In this document: in pieces, positions 9,636-19,547 of the stretch
Layout of the letters: each line of letters starts with the position of its first letter
How positions within the stretch are numbered: position 1 is the stretch's first letter
From: a virus
Lineage: Duplodnaviria > Caudoviricetes
IMG/VR virus record: IMGVR_UViG_3300042539_001740
Strand: one strand, 5' to 3'
DNA: 64,000 nucleotides
Program-made: the position numbers and the translations under genes
Notes under the pieces: generated by a model
What the model saw: only the letters and a program-made list of their open reading frames with translations
What the model was told of the DNA's origin: nothing
Databases searched by the model: none

Positions 9636-10661
9636 TTACTTATTAAATCTTTTCAAAGCATTTTCTGTTATAAACACATATTCGGTTTCTTTGAGCTCCT
9701 CAAGTGTTTTTGAATTAGTATAAGACATTGCTGATTTTAGATAGTCTACAAGATTTTCAATCCATTTATCTAATGTATATTCTACCTTATTGTATTTCGT
9801 AATACCCTCAGATGTAATCAACTTATTTTTACCCCACTTTCTTTGTACTTCTTTTGTACTCATTCCTCTAAATTTCTTATACATAAACTTTCTAAGGAAT
9901 TTGAAATTATTCCAAACATATTTGGAGGTATTTTCATTTAATGGAATGAGTTTACCTAAATAAACAGGAGAACAAGATTCCAATGTTTTGTTTAATACTC
10001 CACCTAACATCACATAATCGGCACCAAGGGCTAATGCTTTGATAATATCATCATAGTTTCTAAATCCACCATCAGCAACAATATTTGTTGTATAACCTCT
10101 TTTCTTTTTGATGTTATAACACTCTGATATTAAAGAAGCCATTGGATAATGCACACCAGTATTTGCTGAAGTTAAACATCCTGAACCACCACCAATACCA
10201 ACTCTAATATAATCGACACCAAGTTCGGCAAATAACTCGTATGTATTAGGATTTGCAATATTTCCAATCATTAATTGGTTTGTACTTTTCATATTTTCAG
10301 TGAAATACTTACACAAGTCATATAGTTTTGACATATGACCATTTGCAATATCAACCAATATCCTTTTTTGATGAACCATAGTACCATAAGTTTTATGTTT
10401 ATGTATCATTAATTCAAAGTCTGATAAAGAAATTGACCAAAATGTATTGTCGTAGTATGGCCTTTCACCTCTAGGTAAACATACCTCAAGGTTTTCATCT
10501 AGGAATATTTCGTAATTTTCTTTGTTAACTACAGTGTCCATTGGACTAACTATGATTGGGAGAGACCCCTCTGGTGTGAAAATATTAATTTCACTTCTTG
10601 ATGATATTGTGGAAATTGTTTCAGGAACTAGTGTAATGTCCTTAAAGTCGAATTTTTGCAT
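9636..10661 (-). CDS. guaC: GMP reductase / IMP dehydrogenase family (no CBS domains)
   Basis: FDFKDITLVP, SPMDTV, VDIANGH, RVGIGGGSGCLTS catalytic loop, ADGGFR, LGADYVMLG. Confidence 0.85.
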   Translation of the reverse strand: MQKFDFKDITLVPETISTISSRSEINIFTPEGSLPIIVSPMDTVVNKENYEIFLDENLEVCLPRGERPYYDNTFWSISLSDFELMIHKHKTYGTMVHQKRILVDIANGHMSKLYDLCKYFTENMKSTNQLMIGNIANPNTYELFAELGVDYIRVGIGGGSGCLTSANTGVHYPMASLISECYNIKKKRGYTTNIVADGGFRNYDDIIKALALGADYVMLGGVLNKTLESCSPVYLGKLIPLNENTSKYVWNNFKFLRKFMYKKFRGMSTKEVQRKWGKNKLITSEGITKYNKVEYTLDKWIENLVDYLKSAMSYTNSKTLEELKETEYVFITENALKRFNK

Positions 10662-10713
10662 AATTTATCCTTTTTGATTTAAGGATAAAATATAAATCTT
10701 GAAAACTCAAATA

Positions 10714-11337
10714 TTATGATTTGAATCTTTTAACTAATTTGGATAATAATTCTTTGAAGATGATACCTGAAAGTGTTAAACCTGTAAAACTAATAATTCT
10801 GATAGCTAATTGTTTCAAATCCACATTTTCAGTACTTCCATCTTCAACCATTTGATATATCATAGGTAATATTGGGATAATAAAAGTATAGCTTAACATA
10901 TTTGTTATTTTGTGGAAAGTTAAACCCAAGCTATCAATAAAATTGATAAATGTATTTGTGAATGTATCAGTTTTTTTCAATATTCTATCAAAAATCCCAC
11001 TCAAACCATCCTCTTGTATTTTTGTATAGATTTTTGTAACAATTTTTTTGTTGTCTATAAAATATGTTGCAATTATACCAATCAAAATTAAAACTAACTC
11101 GTTCTCATCAATCTCAGGATATTTTCCTCTTACGAAATCTTCAACAGGACCCATAAAACCACCAATACCAGCACCCCAAGTTAATAAAAATTGTAAGTTC
11201 ATACCAATTTGGTCTTGAGCTTCATTTACAATTTTTTTTACCCTTTCAGTATTTTGTTTGATTAAATTACCAAGTTCCTCACCAGTACTTTCAGTGATAA
11301 TTATTCTTTTTTGTTGTTCGGTGATTATAATTTTCAT
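10714..11337 (-). CDS. Hypothetical membrane protein
   Basis: Start MKIIITEQQKRII at 11337; several hydrophobic helices. Confidence 0.7.
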   Translation of the reverse strand: MKIIITEQQKRIIITESTGEELGNLIKQNTERVKKIVNEAQDQIGMNLQFLLTWGAGIGGFMGPVEDFVRGKYPEIDENELVLILIGIIATYFIDNKKIVTKIYTKIQEDGLSGIFDRILKKTDTFTNTFINFIDSLGLTFHKITNMLSYTFIIPILPMIYQMVEDGSTENVDLKQLAIRIISFTGLTLSGIIFKELLSKLVKRFKS

Positions 11338-11380
11338 AATAATAAATATTGTATAAATATTTATATACAAAACTAAAATT

Positions 11381-11677
11381 ATGATTAATCCAGAATTAAA
11401 GGTTGGTGATAGAGTTATTCTACTAACTATGGAAGGTGAACCAAATATGACTTACGAAGGAGGTGTTGTTGTTCCTATAGATAAGTTTAATAATCCATAT
11501 GTAGTTGTGTTTGGACACAAACAATATAATGTCAAATGGGATAATGGCAGAACTTATAATTTATTAGAAGATGCTGATAAGTGGATGTATGAAAAAGATT
11601 TTAACAAAAAAAAGAAAAAGAAAAAAATAGAAGAAAGTTATACCATAACAAAAAAACAATTATTGGATAACATTTGA
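11381..11677 (+). CDS. Hypothetical protein (SH3-like start LKVGDRV)
   Basis: ORF with TATTTAT motif at 11358-11364. Confidence 0.6.
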   Translation: MINPELKVGDRVILLTMEGEPNMTYEGGVVVPIDKFNNPYVVVFGHKQYNVKWDNGRTYNLLEDADKWMYEKDFNKKKKKKKIEESYTITKKQLLDNI

Positions 11678-11718
11678 TTAAACAAAATAGTTTATAGTAT
11701 TTATTAAAAAAAAACAAT

Positions 11719-13185
11719 ATGCAAAAGTTTATAATTTCTGAATCAGATAGAAGTCATATTTTAAATTTATATGGTATCGTAAAGGATGAGGTAAGACCTT
11801 TACAAAAATTGTTAGAGTGTAAGTACACACCTGATGGAAAATATATTATGTATGAAAACAAAATATATTCTTGTCAAACAGGTGAAGAAGTTCCAATTAT
11901 GGAAGGTTGGAGTATCAGTGATATTCTTCATACAGGGGCTGATTTATTGTCTGCTGGAATGGACTTCGTAATTCCCGGTTCAGGAGCTATCGTAGATGCT
12001 TTGAATGCCCTCAGTTACATTATAGAAGCTCAATTTAAACCTGCTGAGGAGAGAGATTCACTATACACTATGGCAGCAATAACTTTTGCTTTTGTAATAT
12101 TACCCGGTCCACTACAAGCTGTTGCCCCAGTTTTAAAAAATGCAATAAAAACAGGTAGAGGATTTGCTTCAAAGGCTGTTTTGGGCGCGTTAGAAATTAT
12201 TGGAAAAAATTTAGGAACAATTCTTGGTGGTATAAAAAATTTACTTCAAAAAGCATTACAATCAAAGTTAGCTAGAAATATTTTAGGTAAACATGGAGAT
12301 AATATATCCAAGTATATTCAAAAATTTTACGATAGAGTAAAAACTATTTTTGATGGTGTTTTGGCAAAAGCTAAAGGTACAAAAACACCTGGAGTTAAAG
12401 CCACTGCCGATGATGTTGTTAAAAAACCTGGTTTGTTGAAAACAACAGCAAAAGAACTAGGACAACTAACATTAAGTAAACAACTTAAAGTTAGGTTGCA
12501 AAACTTCTTTAAAAAATTACCAAAAATAAAAAGTGGTCCTCTTTTTTTGAGGAAGTTGGGGTTTGTTCCTGGTAAAACTTATCGTTTAAAAGGTGCTGCC
12601 TTCAAAACGGACAAAATAATGATTGATAATGTCACCGATTCTAAAGTACTTGTTACTTATATTTCAAAAAATGGTGAAAAAATACCCGCAGAAATGTCTA
12701 TCGAGAAATTTACGAAAGATGCCATTGGAGCACCTTGGAGTAGAAGAGGGTATTCTGTTGCAGTTCCATTTTTTGTCAAAAGAACTGCTGATTTGTTAAA
12801 TAGTGATGGTAGTGATATAAATTATGATATACTAAATAGTATACCTGATGCTAACCCTGACCAAACATCTGCAGAATCATTAGCATTTATGGGTGAAGAG
12901 GTTGCTGAATTTGAAGGTGATACTGGTGCTTACACTATTCAAGGGAATGTAAAAACATTCCAAGATGGGTTACAATTGTTAGGATATAAGTTAGCTAGAT
13001 TTGGTGCGGATGGAAAATTTGGTGCTGAAACACAAGAACAATTAAAAAAATTCCAAACAGATAATGGATTAACAACCTCAATTGGTAAAATGGATAGATT
13101 GACAGCGAAAAAAATAGCTGAATTACTAAAAACAAAAAATATTCCTAATTCTCAGGAAATACAAAATCAACTTAATAAAATTTAA
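11719..13185 (+). CDS. Putative virion cargo protein: hydrophobic helical region plus C-terminal PG-binding domain
   Basis: N-terminal ISESDRSHILNLY; hydrophobic GADLLSAG...AFVILPG; C-terminal FQDGLQLLGY...GADGKFGAETQEQLKKFQTDNGL. Confidence 0.7.
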   Translation: MQKFIISESDRSHILNLYGIVKDEVRPLQKLLECKYTPDGKYIMYENKIYSCQTGEEVPIMEGWSISDILHTGADLLSAGMDFVIPGSGAIVDALNALSYIIEAQFKPAEERDSLYTMAAITFAFVILPGPLQAVAPVLKNAIKTGRGFASKAVLGALEIIGKNLGTILGGIKNLLQKALQSKLARNILGKHGDNISKYIQKFYDRVKTIFDGVLAKAKGTKTPGVKATADDVVKKPGLLKTTAKELGQLTLSKQLKVRLQNFFKKLPKIKSGPLFLRKLGFVPGKTYRLKGAAFKTDKIMIDNVTDSKVLVTYISKNGEKIPAEMSIEKFTKDAIGAPWSRRGYSVAVPFFVKRTADLLNSDGSDINYDILNSIPDANPDQTSAESLAFMGEEVAEFEGDTGAYTIQGNVKTFQDGLQLLGYKLARFGADGKFGAETQEQLKKFQTDNGLTTSIGKMDRLTAKKIAELLKTKNIPNSQEIQNQLNKI

Positions 13186-13188
13186 AAT

Positions 13189-13725
13189 ATGAACGCTTAT
13201 TTTTTCAAAATGAACCAAGCAGAACGAAATGATATTTTAGACCAACACAGAAAGGTTTATGATGGTTTCGTGACCACATATGGACAACAAATAAATCAAC
13301 AACCATTATATGTCCAAGATTTTGCAAATGACAAACAAGGTCTTACTGTAAGTAACAAGGGTGTTGTCAAAACATATACAAATATGAATATCAACGAATC
13401 TGATGCAATGACAGGTGCAAAATACTTACCTGATATTTCATTTGATTTTGGTGGCCCTGATGATGAATTTGAGTCAGAATATGTTGGTTTTGATGGTAGA
13501 GATATGATTGGTGATAGTAGTTCTGATATGGAACACGGAACATTTGATGATGAAGATGACGAGGTTACATATGAATTACATTTTGATGATGAAGATGATG
13601 AACCATCATTCAGTAAAATTTCAGTATTGGGTTTTGACGAAAATTTAGATGAGGAGATGGTTGAACCATTACAAGAGCAAGTCAACAAAACATTAGAAAT
13701 GTTTAAAAAATTTAAAAATTACTAA
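13189..13725 (+). CDS. Acidic hypothetical protein (probable internal head protein)
   Basis: MNQAERNDILDQH N-terminal motif; D/E-rich. Confidence 0.65.
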   Translation: MNAYFFKMNQAERNDILDQHRKVYDGFVTTYGQQINQQPLYVQDFANDKQGLTVSNKGVVKTYTNMNINESDAMTGAKYLPDISFDFGGPDDEFESEYVGFDGRDMIGDSSSDMEHGTFDDEDDEVTYELHFDDEDDEPSFSKISVLGFDENLDEEMVEPLQEQVNKTLEMFKKFKNY

Positions 13726-13726
13726 A

Positions 13727-14035
13727 ATGGAAATTGTAGAAGTAATAACATTTCATCTGAATAATTTGGAAGAAGTATTAGAAGTTACTTTTAGAACTAA
13801 CACTGATTCTGAAGAAATGTGTAGAGAGACAAAAATACCATTTATCGACATTTCTGATTTTGGTTATAAATTTCATAATGATATACCTGATGAATTATTT
13901 GAAGAAGATAATGATGAATATTATGAAGATTTTGAGGATGATGACTTATTTGTTGATGAAAATGAAATCCTTTCATTCCTAAATGAATATTTCGTTCTAT
14001 TTATAGATAAATTACCTAAACCTGAAATTTTTTAA
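13727..14035 (+). CDS. Acidic hypothetical protein
   Basis: Tightly packed operon ORF. Confidence 0.65.
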   Translation: MEIVEVITFHLNNLEEVLEVTFRTNTDSEEMCRETKIPFIDISDFGYKFHNDIPDELFEEDNDEYYEDFEDDDLFVDENEILSFLNEYFVLFIDKLPKPEIF

Positions 14036-14280
14036 TGGGACAATACGAAATAGATACTCTTATTTCTTTGATGAAAAGATACACAACCAAAAAAAATGAT
14101 GGTGAAATTGATGAACAAGACGCACCAGCAGGTGGAGGTGGTACTGGTGGAGGTACAAAATACCCAACCGTTACTAAGTGGGAATCAGGTGCAACAAGGG
14201 GTTTAGCAAATCCCATTGGTTTAACTAAATGGAGAGATGTCTATAAAATAACGAGAGGTAAAGCAAATACACTACTTTAG
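14035..14280 (+). CDS. Hypothetical protein
   Basis: TAATG coupling; ends RGKANTLL. Confidence 0.6.
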   Translation: MGQYEIDTLISLMKRYTTKKNDGEIDEQDAPAGGGGTGGGTKYPTVTKWESGATRGLANPIGLTKWRDVYKITRGKANTLL

Positions 14281-14283
14281 ACA

Positions 14284-15822
14284 ATGAATACGGAATTAAA
14301 AATACAAAGTATAACATATGATTTACAATATTTTTTCACTGATAAAGGTATTGTAAAAATTTCATTAGATGAAAATGAAAATATCCTCGAATATAACTCT
14401 CAGAATCTAAAATTAGGTCTCGATATTTTAAAGGAAAATCTCCAAGTTAAATTTGATATGGGATTGATAAATGAGAATGATTATATTTATTCCGCAAGAA
14501 AGTTCCTATATGAATCAATGAATATTGGGAGTATCAAAAATCAAATTTCTGTGATTAATGAGTGGGAAAATAAATATGGAAAAAATCTTTTGTTTATCAA
14601 TGAAAGTTCAGATAGAACTGATTTAAGAAAAGTTTTTGAAAATAGTTGGAAAGGTTTAAATACTTTATATGCTGAAAGGTTGATTGACTCACTAATATTA
14701 GAAAGAACTTGGTTACAATGGGGTTGGGATAATATAAAATCTACGATTTCAAAAGCATTTACTTGTGCTAAAGGTAGTGGATATATTGATTGTTTTATGG
14801 AAGGTTTAAGAACAATCGCAACCTCATTTTTGGGGGTAGCTGTTTTGACTGGTGTATCATTCATCCCTGTAATAGGAACAATCCCTAACGTAATAATTTT
14901 TGGAGCGTTATTAATTTATGATATCTATAAAATGATGTCTGGAAAAAAATGGAGTATTTCAGATATCATAGTTGATATTGTATCATTATTGGCACCAGCT
15001 TTAGCTAAAGGTTTAGGAGCATATACAAAAGGTTTGACTAACTTTTATGGATTAGGAACGTTGGCCGGGAAGGGCACATTTGGAAAAGTAATCCAAACAA
15101 TTTCTAAAGGTATTGGAAAATTAGCAACTTATATTGGTGAAAGTGTAGCTTACTTTTCAAGTAAGTTAGGTATAAAATGGTTAGGTGATATGGCAAAATA
15201 TGCGTATAATGGTCTTACTAAAATAAGTTCAGATATTTCAGCGGGACAAAAGGCCGCTAATAAAGAAACTAAGAAATCTGAAAAATCTAAGTCAGCTACT
15301 GAATTACTTAAAGACGTGCCTGAAAGTTGGAAAAAATATCCTTGTGTTGCGTTGTCTAAGAATGTAAAACAAAAGAAAACAAGTGATGGTACTATAGTTT
15401 ATGAAGGTGGTGGTTTTGTGTGGTTTGATAATGGTAAAAAAATTGACCCCAAAACTGAGGAGGTTTCATCATATTCTTGTACACCAGATGGAAAAGTTAA
15501 ATCTGGTGAATCTGAAAAAAAATCATTAGGTTTATTTGGTGCTCTGTTAGGACCTGATGGACTGAAAAAACAAATTATGTATAATAAATGTGATGATTTC
15601 CCATTTGAAGTTGGTTGTATTAATGATAAAATAAAGAGAGTCCAAAGTTGTTTGGAAGTCACAATTGATGGTAAGTTTACACCAACATTAAAAGAAAAAA
15701 TGGTGGAAAAGGGTTATGGTGAAATCCTTACAACATCAGTATATGATAAAATTATGAAAGATTGTGGTGCTGCACCTGAAGGTTCTGCATTACCTACAGC
15801 AGGATTTGCAAAAGACATATAA
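14284..15822 (+). CDS. Putative virion cargo protein (hydrophobic helices, Cys-flanked beta module, degenerate PG-binding C-terminus)
   Basis: LILE/INE motifs; hydrophobic FLGVAVLTGVSFIPVIG; module 15328-15498 shared with ORF 62059; IKRVQSCLEVTIDGKF. Confidence 0.65.
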   Translation: MNTELKIQSITYDLQYFFTDKGIVKISLDENENILEYNSQNLKLGLDILKENLQVKFDMGLINENDYIYSARKFLYESMNIGSIKNQISVINEWENKYGKNLLFINESSDRTDLRKVFENSWKGLNTLYAERLIDSLILERTWLQWGWDNIKSTISKAFTCAKGSGYIDCFMEGLRTIATSFLGVAVLTGVSFIPVIGTIPNVIIFGALLIYDIYKMMSGKKWSISDIIVDIVSLLAPALAKGLGAYTKGLTNFYGLGTLAGKGTFGKVIQTISKGIGKLATYIGESVAYFSSKLGIKWLGDMAKYAYNGLTKISSDISAGQKAANKETKKSEKSKSATELLKDVPESWKKYPCVALSKNVKQKKTSDGTIVYEGGGFVWFDNGKKIDPKTEEVSSYSCTPDGKVKSGESEKKSLGLFGALLGPDGLKKQIMYNKCDDFPFEVGCINDKIKRVQSCLEVTIDGKFTPTLKEKMVEKGYGEILTTSVYDKIMKDCGAAPEGSALPTAGFAKDI

Positions 15823-15843
15823 TATTTATAGTTAAATTAGGAT

Positions 15844-17559
15844 ATGAATAAGTATAAAATTTTCGAACAATATAAACAAGATGAACCTTTAGAAAAGTTC
15901 AAAGCTATAGAAAACCCAATTTTGAGAGCAGCTGCCGCGGCGAATTGTTTCCCTGAAGGATATGTAATTACTCAACATCCAGAAACAAATGAATTAGTTA
16001 TTTCGGCTTTGAGTAAAAAACCTGAAAACGCGAACAACAAGTTTGTTTATTACAAACCAGATTACACTTTAGAATATCGTACAACAAATGATAAAACAGG
16101 TAAAGTAGCTAGAACTTCAAAATGGAGTTGTTATGCTTTGTTAGAACGAACAAATCCTGAGACATCAAAAGTTCAACAAGAATTGTTATCAGCTTTAGAA
16201 AATAGTTTAGGTTGGAAACAATTTGCAAGTGTACAAGGTAATGACATATTAAATTATGATATAACTGATGTTGCGAAAGACCCAGACTTAAAACCTGGTG
16301 GTATGTATTATAATGTTGTAAAAGGATTACAACAATATATGGATGATTTAGTTAGTTCTAATAGACCATTCTATATGTGGAAAACTAAAAAGAAGGGGGT
16401 TGGAATTAAAAAAATGGAAGATGAACAAAAAAGAATTTTAGCACTTCCTGAGTTTTCGGGGTACAAGATTTGTTCAGTACCTGAACCTGAAAAGGGACCT
16501 GACGACATTATCGACATCGACATTAAGTATCCTGATTACTTTGAAAAAGGTACTAAACTTTGTAAGCCTATGTCTGATTTTTCCCCTAAACAGATTTATA
16601 GTAAAACCTTATCATTGGTAGAAAAACTAGGTAAAGGGGCTAACAAAAAAGATTGTAGAAACCTAATTTTGTCCTATTACGAATTGATTCAAAAAGAAAT
16701 TCCAATTAACCAAAACACTATTGACAAAATAAAACCAATTGTAAGAAATTGTTCAACTGCAATAAATTTTCCTGGTCTTAAAGATAAAATACAATATATG
16801 CAACGAATAAAAATTAGAGGTGGACAAGGTAATATATTAAATTATAGCCTTAAAGAATCAAAGAATGATGAACTTTCTACACTAGTATCAGAAAGTTTAA
16901 CAAGATTGAAAATTCAAAAAACAAAGAAGTTTATTACTGAAGGAAGAGAAGTAAGAAAAAGAATTGAATTCATTTTCGAAAGTATTGAGGTAAAGAATAG
17001 AAAGGATATTGAACTATTAGCTGATTGTTTATTGGGTGAAATGGTAAGATTGAGAAACGAGGGGTTTGATGAAATGATAATCAGTGAACAGATGGGTTTA
17101 TTATCAAACCTCACTAATTTTTTTACAGGTGGAAAAGGTGGTGACTTTTTATCAGGTCTAAAGGGTGCTGCAGGTGGAGGTTTAATGTCAACCGTTATTG
17201 AAACTATAGCAGGTGGTATCCTAAAAACAATGGGTATCGACCCTAAAGGAACTTTGGGTACTTTAATTTTAAAAACAATTACAAACCTAACACCAGCTGA
17301 CTTCCCTAAATTAAGTGATTGTAGATTTGTTTCAGGTTTAATCACAAAAAGTGTAATGGAAACTATTGCGGCTGAAGCGACAAAAAGTATTGGTGGAAAA
17401 ACTATGGTTGGAAGTTTTATCGAAAACACTCTATTCGAATTAGGTGAAGAAAGTGAAATATTCCAATCAATTAAGAACTTTATTGGTGATAAAATTGTTT
17501 GTCCATACCTAGAAGGTAAAGGTGGAAATGTTTTATCAAGTATTTTTGGAAAAAAATAA
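15844..17559 (+). CDS. Large hypothetical virion protein with Gly-rich hydrophobic C-terminus
   Basis: 571-aa ORF with TATTTAT motif at 15823-15829 and LKES/ISE motifs. Confidence 0.7.
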   Translation: MNKYKIFEQYKQDEPLEKFKAIENPILRAAAAANCFPEGYVITQHPETNELVISALSKKPENANNKFVYYKPDYTLEYRTTNDKTGKVARTSKWSCYALLERTNPETSKVQQELLSALENSLGWKQFASVQGNDILNYDITDVAKDPDLKPGGMYYNVVKGLQQYMDDLVSSNRPFYMWKTKKKGVGIKKMEDEQKRILALPEFSGYKICSVPEPEKGPDDIIDIDIKYPDYFEKGTKLCKPMSDFSPKQIYSKTLSLVEKLGKGANKKDCRNLILSYYELIQKEIPINQNTIDKIKPIVRNCSTAINFPGLKDKIQYMQRIKIRGGQGNILNYSLKESKNDELSTLVSESLTRLKIQKTKKFITEGREVRKRIEFIFESIEVKNRKDIELLADCLLGEMVRLRNEGFDEMIISEQMGLLSNLTNFFTGGKGGDFLSGLKGAAGGGLMSTVIETIAGGILKTMGIDPKGTLGTLILKTITNLTPADFPKLSDCRFVSGLITKSVMETIAAEATKSIGGKTMVGSFIENTLFELGEESEIFQSIKNFIGDKIVCPYLEGKGGNVLSSIFGKK

Positions 17560-17570
17560 TTTTAAAGAAA

Positions 17571-17658
17571 CCTGTGAGGTAGGACTCACATGGGATAAAC
17601 TCGACTAAAGAAAGGGAGGTATCCAACATCTACCAAAAGGACGTTTACACGTCCTTTT
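17571..17658 (+). ncRNA. Candidate structured RNA carrying an extended Shine-Dalgarno-like sequence, ending in a terminator
   Basis: Hairpin CCTGTGAG/CTCACATGG; AGAAAGGGAGGTATCC at 17609-17624 with no start codon behind it; terminator AAAAGGACG-tttaca-CGTCCTTTT. Confidence 0.45.
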
Positions 17659-17662
17659 GTGT

Positions 17663-18154
17663 TTAATAGAATGTTGTTTTGAATTCTTCCCAAATATCCC
17701 CAACTGATGAATTGATTATATCTGAAAATATAGTTGGTTCATAAGGTTTAATATTCATTTTCATATTTGCCTCGTCTGGTGTTCTATCACCCTTCAATCT
17801 ATTACAAGATGAACAACAAGTTACTAAGTTCATCCAAGTATTTTGTCCACCTTTAGATTTTGGTATAATATGGTCTATTGTAAGGTTTCTTTTACTTCCA
17901 CAATAAGTACATTCGTGACCATCACGTTTATATAATCTATGTCTATTGATTTTCAATTTATGAACTCTGAACTTGACAAAGTTTAATAATCTGATAATTA
18001 ATGGACGTATAAATTCACCCATACCTGATAATAAGGGTTTGTCACTCGCTTTTAACACTTCAGCTTTTCCTTTACTTACTAAAGTAAATCCTTTATAAAC
18101 ACTAGTTACATTAATAGGTGTAAAATCCGCATTCAATACTAGTACCTTTTCCAT
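17663..18154 (-). CDS. HNH endonuclease (McrA/HNH_5-like)
   Basis: VLVLNADFTP, RDGHECTYCG, TIDHIIPKSKGG, NLVTCCSSCNRLK. Confidence 0.9.
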   Translation of the reverse strand: MEKVLVLNADFTPINVTSVYKGFTLVSKGKAEVLKASDKPLLSGMGEFIRPLIIRLLNFVKFRVHKLKINRHRLYKRDGHECTYCGSKRNLTIDHIIPKSKGGQNTWMNLVTCCSSCNRLKGDRTPDEANMKMNIKPYEPTIFSDIINSSVGDIWEEFKTTFY

Positions 18155-18225
18155 ATGAATATTTTTTTTCTTTCAATTATAAATATTTTTTTTTGAAAGA
18201 ATAACTAGTTATCAAAAACTTTTAC

Positions 18226-18233
18226 TACATTTG
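18226..18233 (+). promoter_or_regulatory. Bacteroidota -7 promoter element TAnnTTTG (also at 22284, 24784, 27139, 27638, 30481, 33983, 36050)
   Basis: TACATTTG, TAACTTTG, TATCTTTG, TATATTTG directly upstream of genes or tRNAs; TTTG -33 elements at 22262 and 27116. Confidence 0.75.
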
Positions 18234-18256
18234 TATAATCAAAAGAAATAAATCAT

Positions 18257-18898
18257 ATGAAAACATTATTGAATCTTGCTGTTGTTGTATTTTTCATCTA
18301 CATTTTGAAGGATGTTAACTTTGATAATTTAGCTAAGGATGTTACCGAACAACCAAATCCTACACAATTTGATTCTTCATCACATAATGTAAGGGTATCC
18401 GATAATATTAAAATAAATCGGTCATTCAAGATAATTTGTTTGGGTGATGTAAATATTGATGAGTTACAAGATACAATAAATGAGGTTATCAATATTTTTA
18501 GTTCCCAAGGTATTAAAGTTGATTTTGAATATCACTCACAAATAGAATCAATCAGTGAATTTATGATTACAGATGATTTTGGTAATTTGACTGAAATTAT
18601 GGATAATCAAAAGTTATTACAAACATATTCAGAATATACCTCAGTTGTTTTCTTGACAGATAAAAGATTGTTTGATAGTAATATAAGAGATTATGTTAGA
18701 GGATATTCCACAGGTTTTAATATATCGGTAAGAGTGGGCAATGGGTTTATAAAAGAAACTATGGTACACGAGTTAGGTCACATTCTTGGTTTGAAACATT
18801 GTGACGATTTATCTTGTGTAATGGCTATAAATAATGATGATTATGATACTGGTCTTTTTTGTAAAAAATGTAAAAACACTTTGAACATATATGAGTAA
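18257..18898 (+). CDS. Zinc metalloprotease, archaemetzincin (M54)-like, N-terminal signal/TM
   Basis: VHELGHILGLKHC, CVM Met-turn, C-terminal CxxC. Confidence 0.8.
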   Translation: MKTLLNLAVVVFFIYILKDVNFDNLAKDVTEQPNPTQFDSSSHNVRVSDNIKINRSFKIICLGDVNIDELQDTINEVINIFSSQGIKVDFEYHSQIESISEFMITDDFGNLTEIMDNQKLLQTYSEYTSVVFLTDKRLFDSNIRDYVRGYSTGFNISVRVGNGFIKETMVHELGHILGLKHCDDLSCVMAINNDDYDTGLFCKKCKNTLNIYE

Positions 18899-19268
18899 TC
18901 CAAAAGAAAAAATGAAACAATTCTATACTGAAAATGGTATAGTAGAAACATCCAAAGTAACAGGTTTATCCTATCAACGATTAATTGATGAACTTGACTT
19001 GAAGTACAAAAAATTTGAAGATATCCAATTCACACCCCATCCTATGAGTGGTGTAAGAAGTGTAACTATGTTCGAAAATGGTTATGGTGCTTCAGTGGTT
19101 TCCCATCCAATGTCCTATGGTGGAAAGATGGGTTTATATGAAATGGCTGTACTTGACAAAAATGGTGAATTAACCTATACTACACCAATAACTGATGATG
19201 TCATAGGTTACCTCACACCTGAACAAGTGACAGAAAAATTAATTCAAATACAAGATTTAAAAAATTAA
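18891..19268 (+). CDS. Hypothetical phage protein
   Basis: FENGYGASVV...GLYEMAVLD...DDVIGYLT. Confidence 0.7.
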   Translation: MSNPKEKMKQFYTENGIVETSKVTGLSYQRLIDELDLKYKKFEDIQFTPHPMSGVRSVTMFENGYGASVVSHPMSYGGKMGLYEMAVLDKNGELTYTTPITDDVIGYLTPEQVTEKLIQIQDLKN

Positions 19269-19272
19269 AATT

Positions 19273-19545
19273 ATGCCAACCTTTTATCAAGATGTAGAAG
19301 CTGAAGTAGATATTGATGTTGAAGAATTTGTTGACTCATGTTCAGGTAGAGAAATCGAAAAACTAATTCGTTATTTGGTTGAAGATGGTAGTTTACCAAA
19401 AACACTTACTACTTATACCCAAACACAAAATTTATCACTTAATGACACCTTATGGTACGAAACCATAGAAAAAATTAGAAGTAATCGGTTAACTCTAACA
19501 GATGAGGAAATTGATATAATTGAGAATATTGCAAAACGATTTTAA
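19273..19545 (+). CDS. Hypothetical protein
   Basis: Operon ORF. Confidence 0.65.
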   Translation: MPTFYQDVEAEVDIDVEEFVDSCSGREIEKLIRYLVEDGSLPKTLTTYTQTQNLSLNDTLWYETIEKIRSNRLTLTDEEIDIIENIAKRF

Positions 19546-19547
19546 TT

